NCBI GenBank assembly: GCA_902524795.1
Contig: CABZEU010000001.1
Location: 28,916-92,915, forward strand
Length of the DNA: 64,000 bases
Direction of reading: 5' to 3'
From: an uncultured Pelagibacteraceae bacterium
Lineage (GTDB): Bacteria; Pseudomonadota; Alphaproteobacteria; Pelagibacterales; AG-422-B15
In this document: one piece after another, positions 1 to 9,093 of the stretch
How the letters are laid out: the number at the start of each line of letters is the position of its first letter
Numbering within the stretch: position 1 is the first letter of the stretch
Translations under genes and position numbers: made by a program
Notes under the pieces: generated by a model
Seen by the model: only the letters and a program-made list of their open reading frames with translations
Databases searched by the model: none
What the model was told of the DNA's origin: nothing

Positions 1-1
1 A

Positions 2-58
2 TTCAAAGGTGGTCCAGGTGAATACGCAAATAACATTGAAAAATTAAGAGGCCATTAA
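2..58 (+). CDS. 3' end of an unidentified upstream gene (partial, ...FKGGPGEYANNIEKLRGH*)
   Basis: Open frame enters from the window edge and stops at TAA 56-58, 1 nt before the purH start. Too short to assign. Confidence 0.3.
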   Translation, partial: FKGGPGEYANNIEKLRGH

Positions 59-59
59 C

Positions 60-1625
60 TTGGACATCAAAATAAAAACTGCTCTGATATCTGTTTCAGA
101 TAAATCAGGTTTAGAAAAAATTGTTCACTCACTACAAGAGCATGGAGTGAAAATAATTTCTACAGGCGGTACTGCAAAAGCTATTGCTGAAATGGGTGTG
201 GACGTCATGGATGTCTCCACGCTAACAAATTTTCCAGAAATGATGGACGGTCGAGTTAAAACTTTACATCCCAATGTGCATGGAGGATTACTTGCTAAGA
301 GAGATGATAAAAGTCATGTCCAGTCTCAAAAGGAGCATGGCATTGAAGATATTGATTTGATCATTGTTAATCTTTATCCCTTTGAAGAGACCATAAATAC
401 TCAAGAAAATGAAGAAATTTGCATTGAAAACATTGACATAGGCGGACCTGCTATGTTGCGCTCAGCTGCAAAGAATCACAAGTTTGTAACAGTTGTTACT
501 GACGTAAATGACTACTCAGATGTGATCAACGAGATGAAGGAAAATGATGGGGCAACTACATTAGACTTTAGAAAAAAGCTTGCTGCTAAGACATTTTCTA
601 TGACTGCTTATTACGACTCAATGATCAGCAATTGGTTCCATCGAGATCAAAGTGATCTCATTAATAATTTTTCATCAGCAGGTAAATTGTCATCAAAACT
701 TCGCTACGGTGAAAACCCACACCAATCAGCTGGACTTTATAAATCAACACAGCACCAATCAGGTATTCCTTATGCAACGTTACTACAAGGAAAAGAACTG
801 AGTTATAATAATATTAATGACTCTGATGCTGCATTACAATTAATCAGAGAGTTTGATAAGGATAGTCCAAGTGTAGCTATTATCAAACATGCTAATCCTT
901 GTGGTGTTGCTAGTGGAGCAACACTCTGTGAAGCGTACACAAAAGCATTTTCGTGTGACACAACCAGTGCATTTGGAGGTATTGTTGCACTAAATCAGAA
1001 AATTGATAAAGATACGGCGACTGAAATTATAAAAATATTCACTGAAGTTATTATTGCGCCAGATGTTAGTGATGAAGCAAAAGAAATTTTTAGATCTAAA
1101 AGTAATTTGCGAGTCCTAATTTTATCTTCTTTACGCAAACACAATAATTCTCATAACTATAAAAGTATTGAAGGTGGAATTCTAGTTCAATCAAATGATA
1201 ATGAAAATTCATCTGAGTCTGATCTAAAAATAGTTACAGAAAAAAAACCAAGTGATCAGGAGATTGAAGATATGTTGTTTGCATTTAAAGTCTGTAAACA
1301 TGTCAAATCAAATGCAATTATTTATGTAAAAAATAAAAAAACAATTGGTATTGGGGCTGGACAAATGAGTAGAATTGATAGTGCAAAGATTGCCTCACAA
1401 AAAAATAGTGAAATGGAAAAATCCGATGAAAACTCTCTAGCAAATTCCGTTGTTGCATCAGATGCATTCTTTCCATTTGCAGATGGCCTACTAGTGACAA
1501 TTTCATTTGGAGCCAAGGCAGTTATCCAACCTGGTGGCTCAGTAAAAGATGATGAAGTCATAAAAGCAGCAAATGAGGCCGGCATTTCAATGGTATTCAC
1601 AGGAACTCGACATTTTAGACATTAA
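60..1625 (+). CDS. purH: Bifunctional AICAR transformylase / IMP cyclohydrolase
   Basis: 521 aa. N-terminal MGS-like domain (ALISVSDKSGL, STGGTA). C-terminal AICARFT motifs (KHANPCG, SDAFFPF). TTG start preceded by AAGAGG. Confidence 0.95.
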   Translation: MDIKIKTALISVSDKSGLEKIVHSLQEHGVKIISTGGTAKAIAEMGVDVMDVSTLTNFPEMMDGRVKTLHPNVHGGLLAKRDDKSHVQSQKEHGIEDIDLIIVNLYPFEETINTQENEEICIENIDIGGPAMLRSAAKNHKFVTVVTDVNDYSDVINEMKENDGATTLDFRKKLAAKTFSMTAYYDSMISNWFHRDQSDLINNFSSAGKLSSKLRYGENPHQSAGLYKSTQHQSGIPYATLLQGKELSYNNINDSDAALQLIREFDKDSPSVAIIKHANPCGVASGATLCEAYTKAFSCDTTSAFGGIVALNQKIDKDTATEIIKIFTEVIIAPDVSDEAKEIFRSKSNLRVLILSSLRKHNNSHNYKSIEGGILVQSNDNENSSESDLKIVTEKKPSDQEIEDMLFAFKVCKHVKSNAIIYVKNKKTIGIGAGQMSRIDSAKIASQKNSEMEKSDENSLANSVVASDAFFPFADGLLVTISFGAKAVIQPGGSVKDDEVIKAANEAGISMVFTGTRHFRH

Positions 1626-2214
1626 TTTTTCTCAGCAAGCCCCCAAACAAAGGAAAAAATAAGAAAATTAAAAATGCAAAGTTCCATTCAATAATATTCT
1701 CATAATTTGTATTATTAAGAGGTAAAATAAAAAAATAGCTTACTAGACTGATAAGATACAAAAACAAAAGAATATATAAAAAACTTTTGAATCTTATTTT
1801 GTTGTTAGGAAGTGAAAACGATAACCATGCTTGGCATATTGGAGTAAGTATAAAAAATATAAATATTCCGATCTCTCGCATGAACCTATAAATTTTCCCA
1901 TCAAAGCCAAGAGCTAATAGATAAATAATTAAAAAAATACAGGAAGTTATGTTTATAAATAAAAGTAACTTACTTTTATAAACATATTGATGAACTTGGT
2001 ACCAAAAAATTACCATCAAAATTACAGACGGGATAATAAGTATTTTATAAAGGTAGAAAGAAACACCATATCTACCTACTTTGCTAATAGAGGTACATCC
2101 ATCTAAAAAAGGGACACACCTATCAACATATCCACCAAGTGAAGATAAAAAATAAGCAACAGTTACTGTAATTACAGGTACCAAAAAAATAAGTCGTGAT
2201 AAAGTGTTGTTCAA
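1615..2214 (-). CDS. Hypothetical integral membrane protein (about 6 TM, DUF998/Frag1-like ISxxG motif)
   Basis: 199 aa, six hydrophobic segments. Last gene of the MFS operon. Its 3' end overlaps the purH 3' end by 11 nt. Confidence 0.55.
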   Translation of the reverse strand: MNNTLSRLIFLVPVITVTVAYFLSSLGGYVDRCVPFLDGCTSISKVGRYGVSFYLYKILIIPSVILMVIFWYQVHQYVYKSKLLLFINITSCIFLIIYLLALGFDGKIYRFMREIGIFIFFILTPICQAWLSFSLPNNKIRFKSFLYILLFLYLISLVSYFFILPLNNTNYENIIEWNFAFLIFLFFPLFGGLLRKINV

Positions 2215-2222
2215 TTTTTAAA

Positions 2223-2720
2223 TTATGTTTGCCTTTGTTTTTGTATGACGCCATAAATAAGAACAATAAGCGAAATCCCAATCACTATCCATTTGATAGA
2301 CGTAGATGTACTGGAATAAAAAATACTTTGACTTGAGAGTGTTGGAAAATTAGAAAGAAGTAAACTTACTTGAATGTTTTCTAATATATCAAAAAGCCCG
2401 GCCGCTAAAGGAAGAATAAGTAGAAAAATATTTTCTTTGAATAATTTGTAATAGGCTCCAAGAAATAGAGATACATATAACGCAGGATATACAGTATCAA
2501 CAATAAGTGCAGAAAAAAAATACAATTGTCTGCCTCCTTCGCCAATCGAGCTAAAGCTTTGTTTTACAATTTCTTCAGAATAAGAAAATCTTAAATCCAA
2601 CATATTCCAAAAAATATTATAAGGTAATAAAAAAAATATTAGGGCAAAAATATTCAGTAAAATGAAAATTGTAATCTGAGATTTTTTTTTTGAGATAAAA
2701 TTTAAATAATCGACAATCAT
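2223..2720 (-). CDS. Hypothetical integral membrane protein (about 4 TM)
   Basis: 165 aa, hydrophobic. 4-nt overlap with the upstream MFS gene implies co-translation. No family recognised. Confidence 0.55.
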   Translation of the reverse strand: MIVDYLNFISKKKSQITIFILLNIFALIFFLLPYNIFWNMLDLRFSYSEEIVKQSFSSIGEGGRQLYFFSALIVDTVYPALYVSLFLGAYYKLFKENIFLLILPLAAGLFDILENIQVSLLLSNFPTLSSQSIFYSSTSTSIKWIVIGISLIVLIYGVIQKQRQT

Positions 2721-4078
2721 TTTTCTAAAACAAAATACATACCAATAATACCAATCAAATTAAAAACAATAATTGAAGTCATCGCATATTGAAGGCTATC
2801 AGTGAAAGCAAGTATAAGTGACATTATCCCAGGAACAAGCCAAGCTGTGGATTTACCCGCAAATGCGTAAAGACCAAAAAATTCTGTCATCTTTTCTTGT
2901 GGAGCAATTTTAATCATTAATGCGCGTGAGGCAGTTTGCGCAGGACCATAAAAAATTGAAATACCAATAACTACAAAAATGTACGTGATCTGACTTACAG
3001 AATTAAATATACCAAATGTGAATTCTTCTACATTTGATGAATATTCATTCACTGTGAAAAAATAAAATATTGTGTCTTTATCAATTGATATACCTAAAAC
3101 TCCCGAGAGAAATAAACCCCAAAGTGATAAGTTAATAACATTTTTTGAACCAATCAAATCATTTAAATACCCTCCATAAATTGAACTTGGTCCTGATAAT
3201 ATATTTAAAATTATACCAAGAATTAAAACCTGCGTGAGTGACATGCCGACTACAAGGCTTGCGTAAACACCCCCGACTACGAATAGGGCATTAAGTGCAT
3301 CTTGATAAAACATTCTGGTAATCAAAAATATAAATATATTTTTATACTTTCTAGCTTCCTTAAAAGTTTTGATAAAATTTGTTAGTCCAATCTTGATTGA
3401 ATTAATAACAGTAACATCATTTTTTTTAATATCAGGGGTAAAAAGAAATAAAGGAATAATAAAGAATGCATACCATATAGCACTAAGAGGGCCGACAATT
3501 CTTATGTGTTCGTATTCACTCGTATTCAAACCATAAAGACTTTCAGTTTCACCACCCGGCCACACGAATATTATTAAAAATAAAATTAATGCGATGAGAC
3601 CTGATATATAACCAACCCCATAACCCATACCACTTAACCAACCAGAATTCTCAGGGGTTTCGATGGTTGATAATACTGAGTTATTAAATACCTCGGAAAA
3701 TCCGACCATTGCAGAAGCAAGTATTAATCCAAACATCACGAGCCAAATGCCATCAGGTGCACCTGGAGGTGAATACCAAAGCAATGCCATGCCAAGGACA
3801 AATAATGCAGATGTTATTCCCATTAATAGTTTTCGATTTCCTTTTATATCTGTAATGGATCCAAGAACAGGACTTAAAATAGCAATAGCCAAGCCTGAAA
3901 TTGTTTGTGTAAGAGTTAATTTTTGAGCACCATCTGCACCAATAATAAACACATCTGTAAAGTATACAGAAAAAACAAATGTCATGATTAGTGTATAGAA
4001 AGGCTGATTTGCAAAATCAAACATGGTCCATGAATATCTAGCTAGCCTTGAAGCTCTCATAGAAATTACTCTATACAA
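2717..4078 (-). CDS. MFS transporter (UMF1/Atg22-like family)
   Basis: 453 aa, about 12 TM. N-terminal WTMFDFANQPFYTLI motif is typical of UMF1-type MFS proteins. Confidence 0.8.
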   Translation of the reverse strand: MYRVISMRASRLARYSWTMFDFANQPFYTLIMTFVFSVYFTDVFIIGADGAQKLTLTQTISGLAIAILSPVLGSITDIKGNRKLLMGITSALFVLGMALLWYSPPGAPDGIWLVMFGLILASAMVGFSEVFNNSVLSTIETPENSGWLSGMGYGVGYISGLIALILFLIIFVWPGGETESLYGLNTSEYEHIRIVGPLSAIWYAFFIIPLFLFTPDIKKNDVTVINSIKIGLTNFIKTFKEARKYKNIFIFLITRMFYQDALNALFVVGGVYASLVVGMSLTQVLILGIILNILSGPSSIYGGYLNDLIGSKNVINLSLWGLFLSGVLGISIDKDTIFYFFTVNEYSSNVEEFTFGIFNSVSQITYIFVVIGISIFYGPAQTASRALMIKIAPQEKMTEFFGLYAFAGKSTAWLVPGIMSLILAFTDSLQYAMTSIIVFNLIGIIGMYFVLEK

Positions 4079-4116
4079 TTGTGATGGAGAAGTATGTGAA
4101 TTTTTAATTGATATGA

Positions 4117-4191
4117 TGGAGCGAGTGAAGGGAGTCGAACCCTCGACCTAAACGTTGGCAACGTTTCGCTCTACCACTGAGCTACACTCGC
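4117..4191 (-). tRNA. tRNA-Gly (anticodon GCC)
   Basis: Hand-folded cloverleaf. Acceptor GCGAGTG/CACTCGC. D arm GCTC-AGTGGTA-GAGC. Anticodon stem AAACG/CGTTT with loop TTGCCAA. T arm GAGGG-TTCGACT-CCCTT. Discriminator U, encoded CCA. Confidence 0.95.
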
Positions 4192-4282
4192 ATTAATAAA
4201 ATCGTTCTAAAGGAAAAAGCCTTGTTTTTCAAGATAATGGGATTATTTATATATTTATTAATATAGTATAAGATTCACACTT

Positions 4283-4930
4283 ATGATCAAACACACAGAT
4301 ATCGAGCTTCTACCAAAGAAAGTTGCAATATTTCCTTTAACCGGGGCTGTACTGTTTCCAGGCACTCAGCTGCCTTTAAATATATTTGAGCCGAGATATG
4401 TTCAAATGATAGACGATGCACTGGCCTCACCCGGCCGCGTCATAGGTATGATACAACCGAGCAAACCGGGGGAAAAGACGCTTAAAAAAGTTGGTTGCTT
4501 GGGAAGAATATCGACCTTTAATGAAGCTGAAGATAATCGATACTTGATTACATTATCAGGAAGTATAAGATTTCAAGTTAAGGAAGAATTAAATACAACC
4601 ACGCCTTATCGACAAGTCATACCAAATTATGATCAGTATGAAAGTGATCTAAAGCCTCAACATGTAGAGTCCATTGATCGATCAAAGCTTCTTGCTCTTG
4701 TCAAAAAGTATCTTGAGATAAGAAAAATCATGGCTGACTGGGAAATAATAAAAGATACGCCTACAGAGCAACTGATCAACTATTCAGGAATTCTTGTTCC
4801 CTTTACTGCTGAAGAAAAACAGTTACTTCTTGAATCAAAAACAATTATTACGAGAAGCCATGTATTGGAAGCTCTTTATCAGTCGTATATATTTGACTCA
4901 CCTGGTGAGAAAAGTGATCAACTGCACTGA
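4283..4930 (+). CDS. LON substrate-binding (LonN) domain protein
   Basis: 215 aa. The FPLTGAVLFPGTQLPLNIFEPRY motif is characteristic of the Lon N-terminal domain. No ATPase or protease domain. Confidence 0.8.
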   Translation: MIKHTDIELLPKKVAIFPLTGAVLFPGTQLPLNIFEPRYVQMIDDALASPGRVIGMIQPSKPGEKTLKKVGCLGRISTFNEAEDNRYLITLSGSIRFQVKEELNTTTPYRQVIPNYDQYESDLKPQHVESIDRSKLLALVKKYLEIRKIMADWEIIKDTPTEQLINYSGILVPFTAEEKQLLLESKTIITRSHVLEALYQSYIFDSPGEKSDQLH

Positions 4931-6087
4931 AGCGATTTAAAACTATCAACACCTGTAGCGTTTTTAATGATTTTACTTTTTAAGAAATTATTTTTTTCTA
5001 ATATTTTAAATCCCGTATTAGCAAATATTCTCAGAAAGGTATTTTCACTCTTGAAAAACTTGTCCAAAGCTAATGTTCCAAAAGAGTATGCTGCATTATC
5101 AACCTTTCTTTGTTGATCAAATTCTTTGAATGCCATCTTATTATTAACTTCATAACCTAAGGATTTATATTTTGAAATTATTTCTACGAATAACGAAATA
5201 TCCTTAATACTTAGATTTAACCCTTGTCCAGCTATAGGATGAATATTGTGCGCGATATTTCCCATAACAACAATATTTCCGTGATAAAGTTTTTTCGCAT
5301 AAAGAAAATTTAATTTATGGGTTTCTATATTTTTAATTTTCAATTTGCCGAGTTCTTTTTCAAAATAGTCGTTTACTTTTCTTTCTAGTTCATGCTTTTG
5401 ATAATGAAGTTCCTTAGAGCCATTTTTAAGTGACCAGACTAAAGATGCTTGATTATGAGTATAAGGCAAGAAAGCTAAAGGTCCACTAGATGTAAAAGTT
5501 TGAAATGCATGCTTCTTTTTTTTAAACTCACCTTTAACATCGATTGAAAGAGCCGTTTGATTTAAATCTTGGGAAATAAATTTAATATTATTTTGGTCTA
5601 ATAAATTTTCATCACGAACTGACAAAATTAAAGCTTTAGCAAATAATTCTTTTTGCTCATCAATGACTATAGAAACTTTATCTGATAATATTTCTTTACG
5701 AATTGATTTAGTTTTGATTACTGTATCAATATTTTTATTTTCTTTAAGACTTGAGTTTAGTTGACCACTTATAATATTATTTGGAAGAATCTTGCCCATT
5801 GTAAAATTGGGTTCGTTATCAAATGTTATACTTGAACCATCTTTAATGCTTGCTAAGTGACATGTTATTTTTTCTATATCATTATATTTGTTGAACTCTA
5901 GAGGATCATCAATAATACTACAAAAGTAGTTTATTGAACCTAAAGATAAGAAAGTGACAAGATTAGACTCAGTCTTTTGAGTGGTTTGATTTTTAACATA
6001 GCATACCTTTAAATTATTCTTTGCAAGTGCTAGTGCGGCTATTTCAGAGGATATACCCCCACCATATATAATAAAATCATAGTTCAT
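4918..6087 (-). CDS. FAD-dependent monooxygenase, UbiH/UbiF/Coq6 family (ubiquinone hydroxylase)
   Basis: 389 aa. N-terminal dinucleotide-binding fold (DFIIYGGGISS). Family motif HNIHPIAGQGLNLSIKD. Confidence 0.8.
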   Translation of the reverse strand: MNYDFIIYGGGISSEIAALALAKNNLKVCYVKNQTTQKTESNLVTFLSLGSINYFCSIIDDPLEFNKYNDIEKITCHLASIKDGSSITFDNEPNFTMGKILPNNIISGQLNSSLKENKNIDTVIKTKSIRKEILSDKVSIVIDEQKELFAKALILSVRDENLLDQNNIKFISQDLNQTALSIDVKGEFKKKKHAFQTFTSSGPLAFLPYTHNQASLVWSLKNGSKELHYQKHELERKVNDYFEKELGKLKIKNIETHKLNFLYAKKLYHGNIVVMGNIAHNIHPIAGQGLNLSIKDISLFVEIISKYKSLGYEVNNKMAFKEFDQQRKVDNAAYSFGTLALDKFFKSENTFLRIFANTGFKILEKNNFLKSKIIKNATGVDSFKSLQCS

Positions 6088-6191
6088 TTTTTGTAAAAAT
6101 ATTTTGTCCTTATCTTATTTAAGAAGTTATATAATGGCCATGTGAATCAATTGCCAACAGAATATGTTAAATATTTATCAAAGGTGAGAAA

Positions 6192-8471
6192 ATGAAACTT
6201 TTACCTGATTCATTAAGAATATTTGCAATCAATCGTGTATTGGAATTGTCAGGGTTGTTAATTGCTACCTTATGCATTTTTATTTTCATATCTGTCATTA
6301 GTCACTCTCCCTTTGATCCAAGCATCAATAATTTAAATAGTTCTGAAGTAACTAATCTTGGTGGACATGTTGGAGCGAATACTTCTGATCTTCTTGTTCA
6401 ATTGTTTGGCTACTTTAGTTTGTTAATTTGCCCTGTTTTGATCAGCTGGTCTTACAAAGTTTTCTTTACGAAAAAAATTACACTGTTTGCACTTAATTTA
6501 CTTTTGTTACCATTGATGATCACTGCAGCATCAACTTTTGCAGAGCTGATTCAATTTTCAAGCCAAAATGGATTAATAGCTAATCAAATAGTAAGTCTTT
6601 TAATAAATTCTGGTTTGATAGAAAATAGCTATATTTTTTATATCATCATAATATTTTTATTTACTGTCTTTTTACTTCTTTTTTACGGAGCAATGGGTTT
6701 GAATGCGAACGAGTGGAGTAATATTTATCTTTTTTTGATAGCAATATTTAATTTTATTTCTGCACCAGCTACTAAACTTGAATTTTTGAAAAAATATTTC
6801 CATTTATATTTTCTATTTAAAAAAAATATAAGCGATCAAATAATTGATAATCAAAAACTTGAGCCAAAAATTAATTTTGATGAAATGCGAAATAAACCTG
6901 TAAGTGATTTTATAAATGAAGAGGGAAAAGAGGAACTGGTAGAAGAGCAAAATGAAATATTTGTTGATGATTTGAATTACCAAGCTCCTGGTGTTGACAT
7001 TCTTACTCGGCCCGATGCTAGAATGGAAACATCAGCTAACCAGGAAGAACTTAAAATTAATGCAGAAAAACTTAAAAATGTTCTTATCGATTTTAAAATT
7101 GAGGGAGAGATCATTAAAGTGTCCCCTGGCCCAATCGTAACTATGTACGAATTGCAGCCAGCGCCAGGAATTAAAGCCTCTAAAATTATTTCTTTATCCG
7201 ATGATATTGCAAGAAATATGAGTGCAATGTCAGCCAGAGTCGCTATAATCCCTGGGAAAAATGTCATTGGTATAGAGATACCGAACTCAGATAAAAACCC
7301 TGTTTATTTAAGTGAATTATTTAAAAATGAAAAATTCGTTTCAAACGAAAAAAACTTAATTTTGGCCTTAGGTAAAGATATCAGCGGGCATGCGGTATTT
7401 ACGAATCTTGAAAATATGCCTCACTTGCTAATAGCTGGAACAACAGGTTCAGGTAAGTCTGTTGGCATTAATGTTATGATTGCCTCAATTTTATACAAAC
7501 ACTCACCTGATGATTGCAAATTTATATTAATAGATCCAAAAATGCTGGAGCTCTCAGTTTACGAGGGTGTGCCTCATTTAATTACACCTGTTGTAACAGA
7601 CCCCAAGAAAGCAATAACTGCTCTCAAGTGGGTTGTTAGAGAAATGGAGTCAAGATACAAAAAAATGTCTCTTCTAGGTGTAAGAAATATTGAAAATTAT
7701 AACATCCGAATTGCTGACGCTATTAATAAATCTGAAAAAATCATTAGATCTATTCAATCAGGGATTAATCCAGAAACAGGCCAACCAGAAACAAAAAAAA
7801 TTGAAATTGAAAATAAGAAAATGCCTTTCATAGTTGTTGTTGTTGATGAAATGGCAGATTTAATGATGGTTGCTGGAAAAGAAATCGAACATACAATCCA
7901 GCGATTATCTCAGATGGCACGAGCAGCAGGAATACATTTAATAATGGCTACACAAAGACCAAGTGTCGATGTGATCACTGGAACAATCAAAGCAAATTTT
8001 CCCAGTAGAATAAGTTTTCAAGTAAGTTCTAAATTTGACAGCCGAACCATTCTTGGAGAAGAGGGTGCCGAGAGGCTACTTGGCAAGGGAGACATGTTGA
8101 TGATGACTGCTGGGGGGCAAATGACAAGAATTCATGGACCATTTATATCCGATAATGAAATTGAAAAGATTGTCAAATCACTTCAGAGACAAGGCCAACC
8201 TGAATATGATGATGAAATTACAAAAGAAGAGGAAGAAAATAATGATGACGACAATAATTTATCAGACAATGATAAAGATGCGTTATTTAGTGACTCAATA
8301 GATATCATTTCAAGAGAAGGCAAGGCTTCAACAAGCTTACTTCAACGTAAACTTCAAATTGGCTACAATCGTGCTGCAAGAATAATGGACCAATTAGAAG
8401 AACAAGGATACATCAGCTCAGCTAATCATGTAGGCAAAAGAGAAATCAATTACGATAAATTTACGAATTGA
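6192..8471 (+). CDS. ftsK: DNA translocase FtsK
   Basis: 759 aa. N-terminal TM segments, acidic linker, motor domain (Walker A GTTGSGKS, VVVVDEMADL). C-terminal gamma winged-helix (STSLLQRKLQIGYNRAARIMD). Confidence 0.95.
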   Translation: MKLLPDSLRIFAINRVLELSGLLIATLCIFIFISVISHSPFDPSINNLNSSEVTNLGGHVGANTSDLLVQLFGYFSLLICPVLISWSYKVFFTKKITLFALNLLLLPLMITAASTFAELIQFSSQNGLIANQIVSLLINSGLIENSYIFYIIIIFLFTVFLLLFYGAMGLNANEWSNIYLFLIAIFNFISAPATKLEFLKKYFHLYFLFKKNISDQIIDNQKLEPKINFDEMRNKPVSDFINEEGKEELVEEQNEIFVDDLNYQAPGVDILTRPDARMETSANQEELKINAEKLKNVLIDFKIEGEIIKVSPGPIVTMYELQPAPGIKASKIISLSDDIARNMSAMSARVAIIPGKNVIGIEIPNSDKNPVYLSELFKNEKFVSNEKNLILALGKDISGHAVFTNLENMPHLLIAGTTGSGKSVGINVMIASILYKHSPDDCKFILIDPKMLELSVYEGVPHLITPVVTDPKKAITALKWVVREMESRYKKMSLLGVRNIENYNIRIADAINKSEKIIRSIQSGINPETGQPETKKIEIENKKMPFIVVVVDEMADLMMVAGKEIEHTIQRLSQMARAAGIHLIMATQRPSVDVITGTIKANFPSRISFQVSSKFDSRTILGEEGAERLLGKGDMLMMTAGGQMTRIHGPFISDNEIEKIVKSLQRQGQPEYDDEITKEEEENNDDDNNLSDNDKDALFSDSIDIISREGKASTSLLQRKLQIGYNRAARIMDQLEEQGYISSANHVGKREINYDKFTN

Positions 8472-9052
8472 TGTTCCGTATTTCAATTATACTGATTTTA
8501 GTTTTATTCCCCTGGCATATTTCTTTTGCTGACACTGATCTAATTATTTCTAAAATTCAAACTGGCTGGAATAAAATACAGACAATGTCTGGCGAATTTT
8601 CACAAATAGATTCTGATGGCAACATAGAGAATGGAAAATTTTATTTTTTAAAGCCATACCAATCTAAATTTGTTTATTCAAATAAAGATGAAGATATTGT
8701 CACTAATGAAACGTTGTTACGCATAATTGATAAAAAAGGTTTTCAGATTGACAGCTATTCAATAGGGAGTAACGCTCTTAAAAAACTTCTTGCCGAAAGC
8801 CTGGACATTGAAAAGGAGTTCACAATTGATCATGCAATTGAAAATGAGTTCAATTATGAAATTCAAGCAGGTATAAAAAATGATAGTACTTCAAGAAGAG
8901 TTATTCTCTCTTTCAATAAAGATACTATAGAGCTTGAAAAGTGGGAGATTTTTGATGAATTGGATAATAAAACTGTTTTAGAGTTTACAAAGATAAAAAA
9001 GAATATATTTATAAGTCAAAATTTATTCGTAGTTAGGTATACAAAAAACTAA
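8471..9052 (+). CDS. lolA: Outer-membrane lipoprotein carrier protein LolA
   Basis: Signal peptide followed by a LolA-like fold signature (F.Q....G.....G.FY..KP.KF). Conserved ftsK-lolA synteny. Start adjusted to the ATG in TGATG (ORF track gives TTG 8468). Confidence 0.78.
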   Translation: MFRISIILILVLFPWHISFADTDLIISKIQTGWNKIQTMSGEFSQIDSDGNIENGKFYFLKPYQSKFVYSNKDEDIVTNETLLRIIDKKGFQIDSYSIGSNALKKLLAESLDIEKEFTIDHAIENEFNYEIQAGIKNDSTSRRVILSFNKDTIELEKWEIFDELDNKTVLEFTKIKKNIFISQNLFVVRYTKN

Positions 9053-9093
9053 TTACAGGCAGGTTGAAAATAAAAGTTTTCATTATATAATTT

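Noticed and set aside
92-107. parS-like sequences other than the perfect site: TGTTTCAGATAAATCA in purH (12/16), and half-sites near 15491 (CGTGAAAC in leuS) and 45423 (TGTTTCAC in the kinase gene).
   Set aside because: Only one arm matches or there are 4 mismatches that break the palindrome. This is expected by chance.
2682-2691. Homopolymer tracts inside coding regions: T10 at 2682-2691 in the 165-aa membrane ORF, A10 at 44434-44443 in the GT9 gene, and several A9 runs. These could be slipped-strand phase-variation switches.
   Set aside because: They encode Lys runs (KKK) in a lysine-rich, AT-rich proteome, and similar tracts are scattered through housekeeping genes. Nothing suggests contingency-locus behaviour.
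9065-9082. Small hairpin TGAAAA-taaaag-TTTTCA after lolA, a possible terminator.
   Set aside because: The 6-bp stem is almost entirely A-T, has negligible predicted stability and has no proper U tract.
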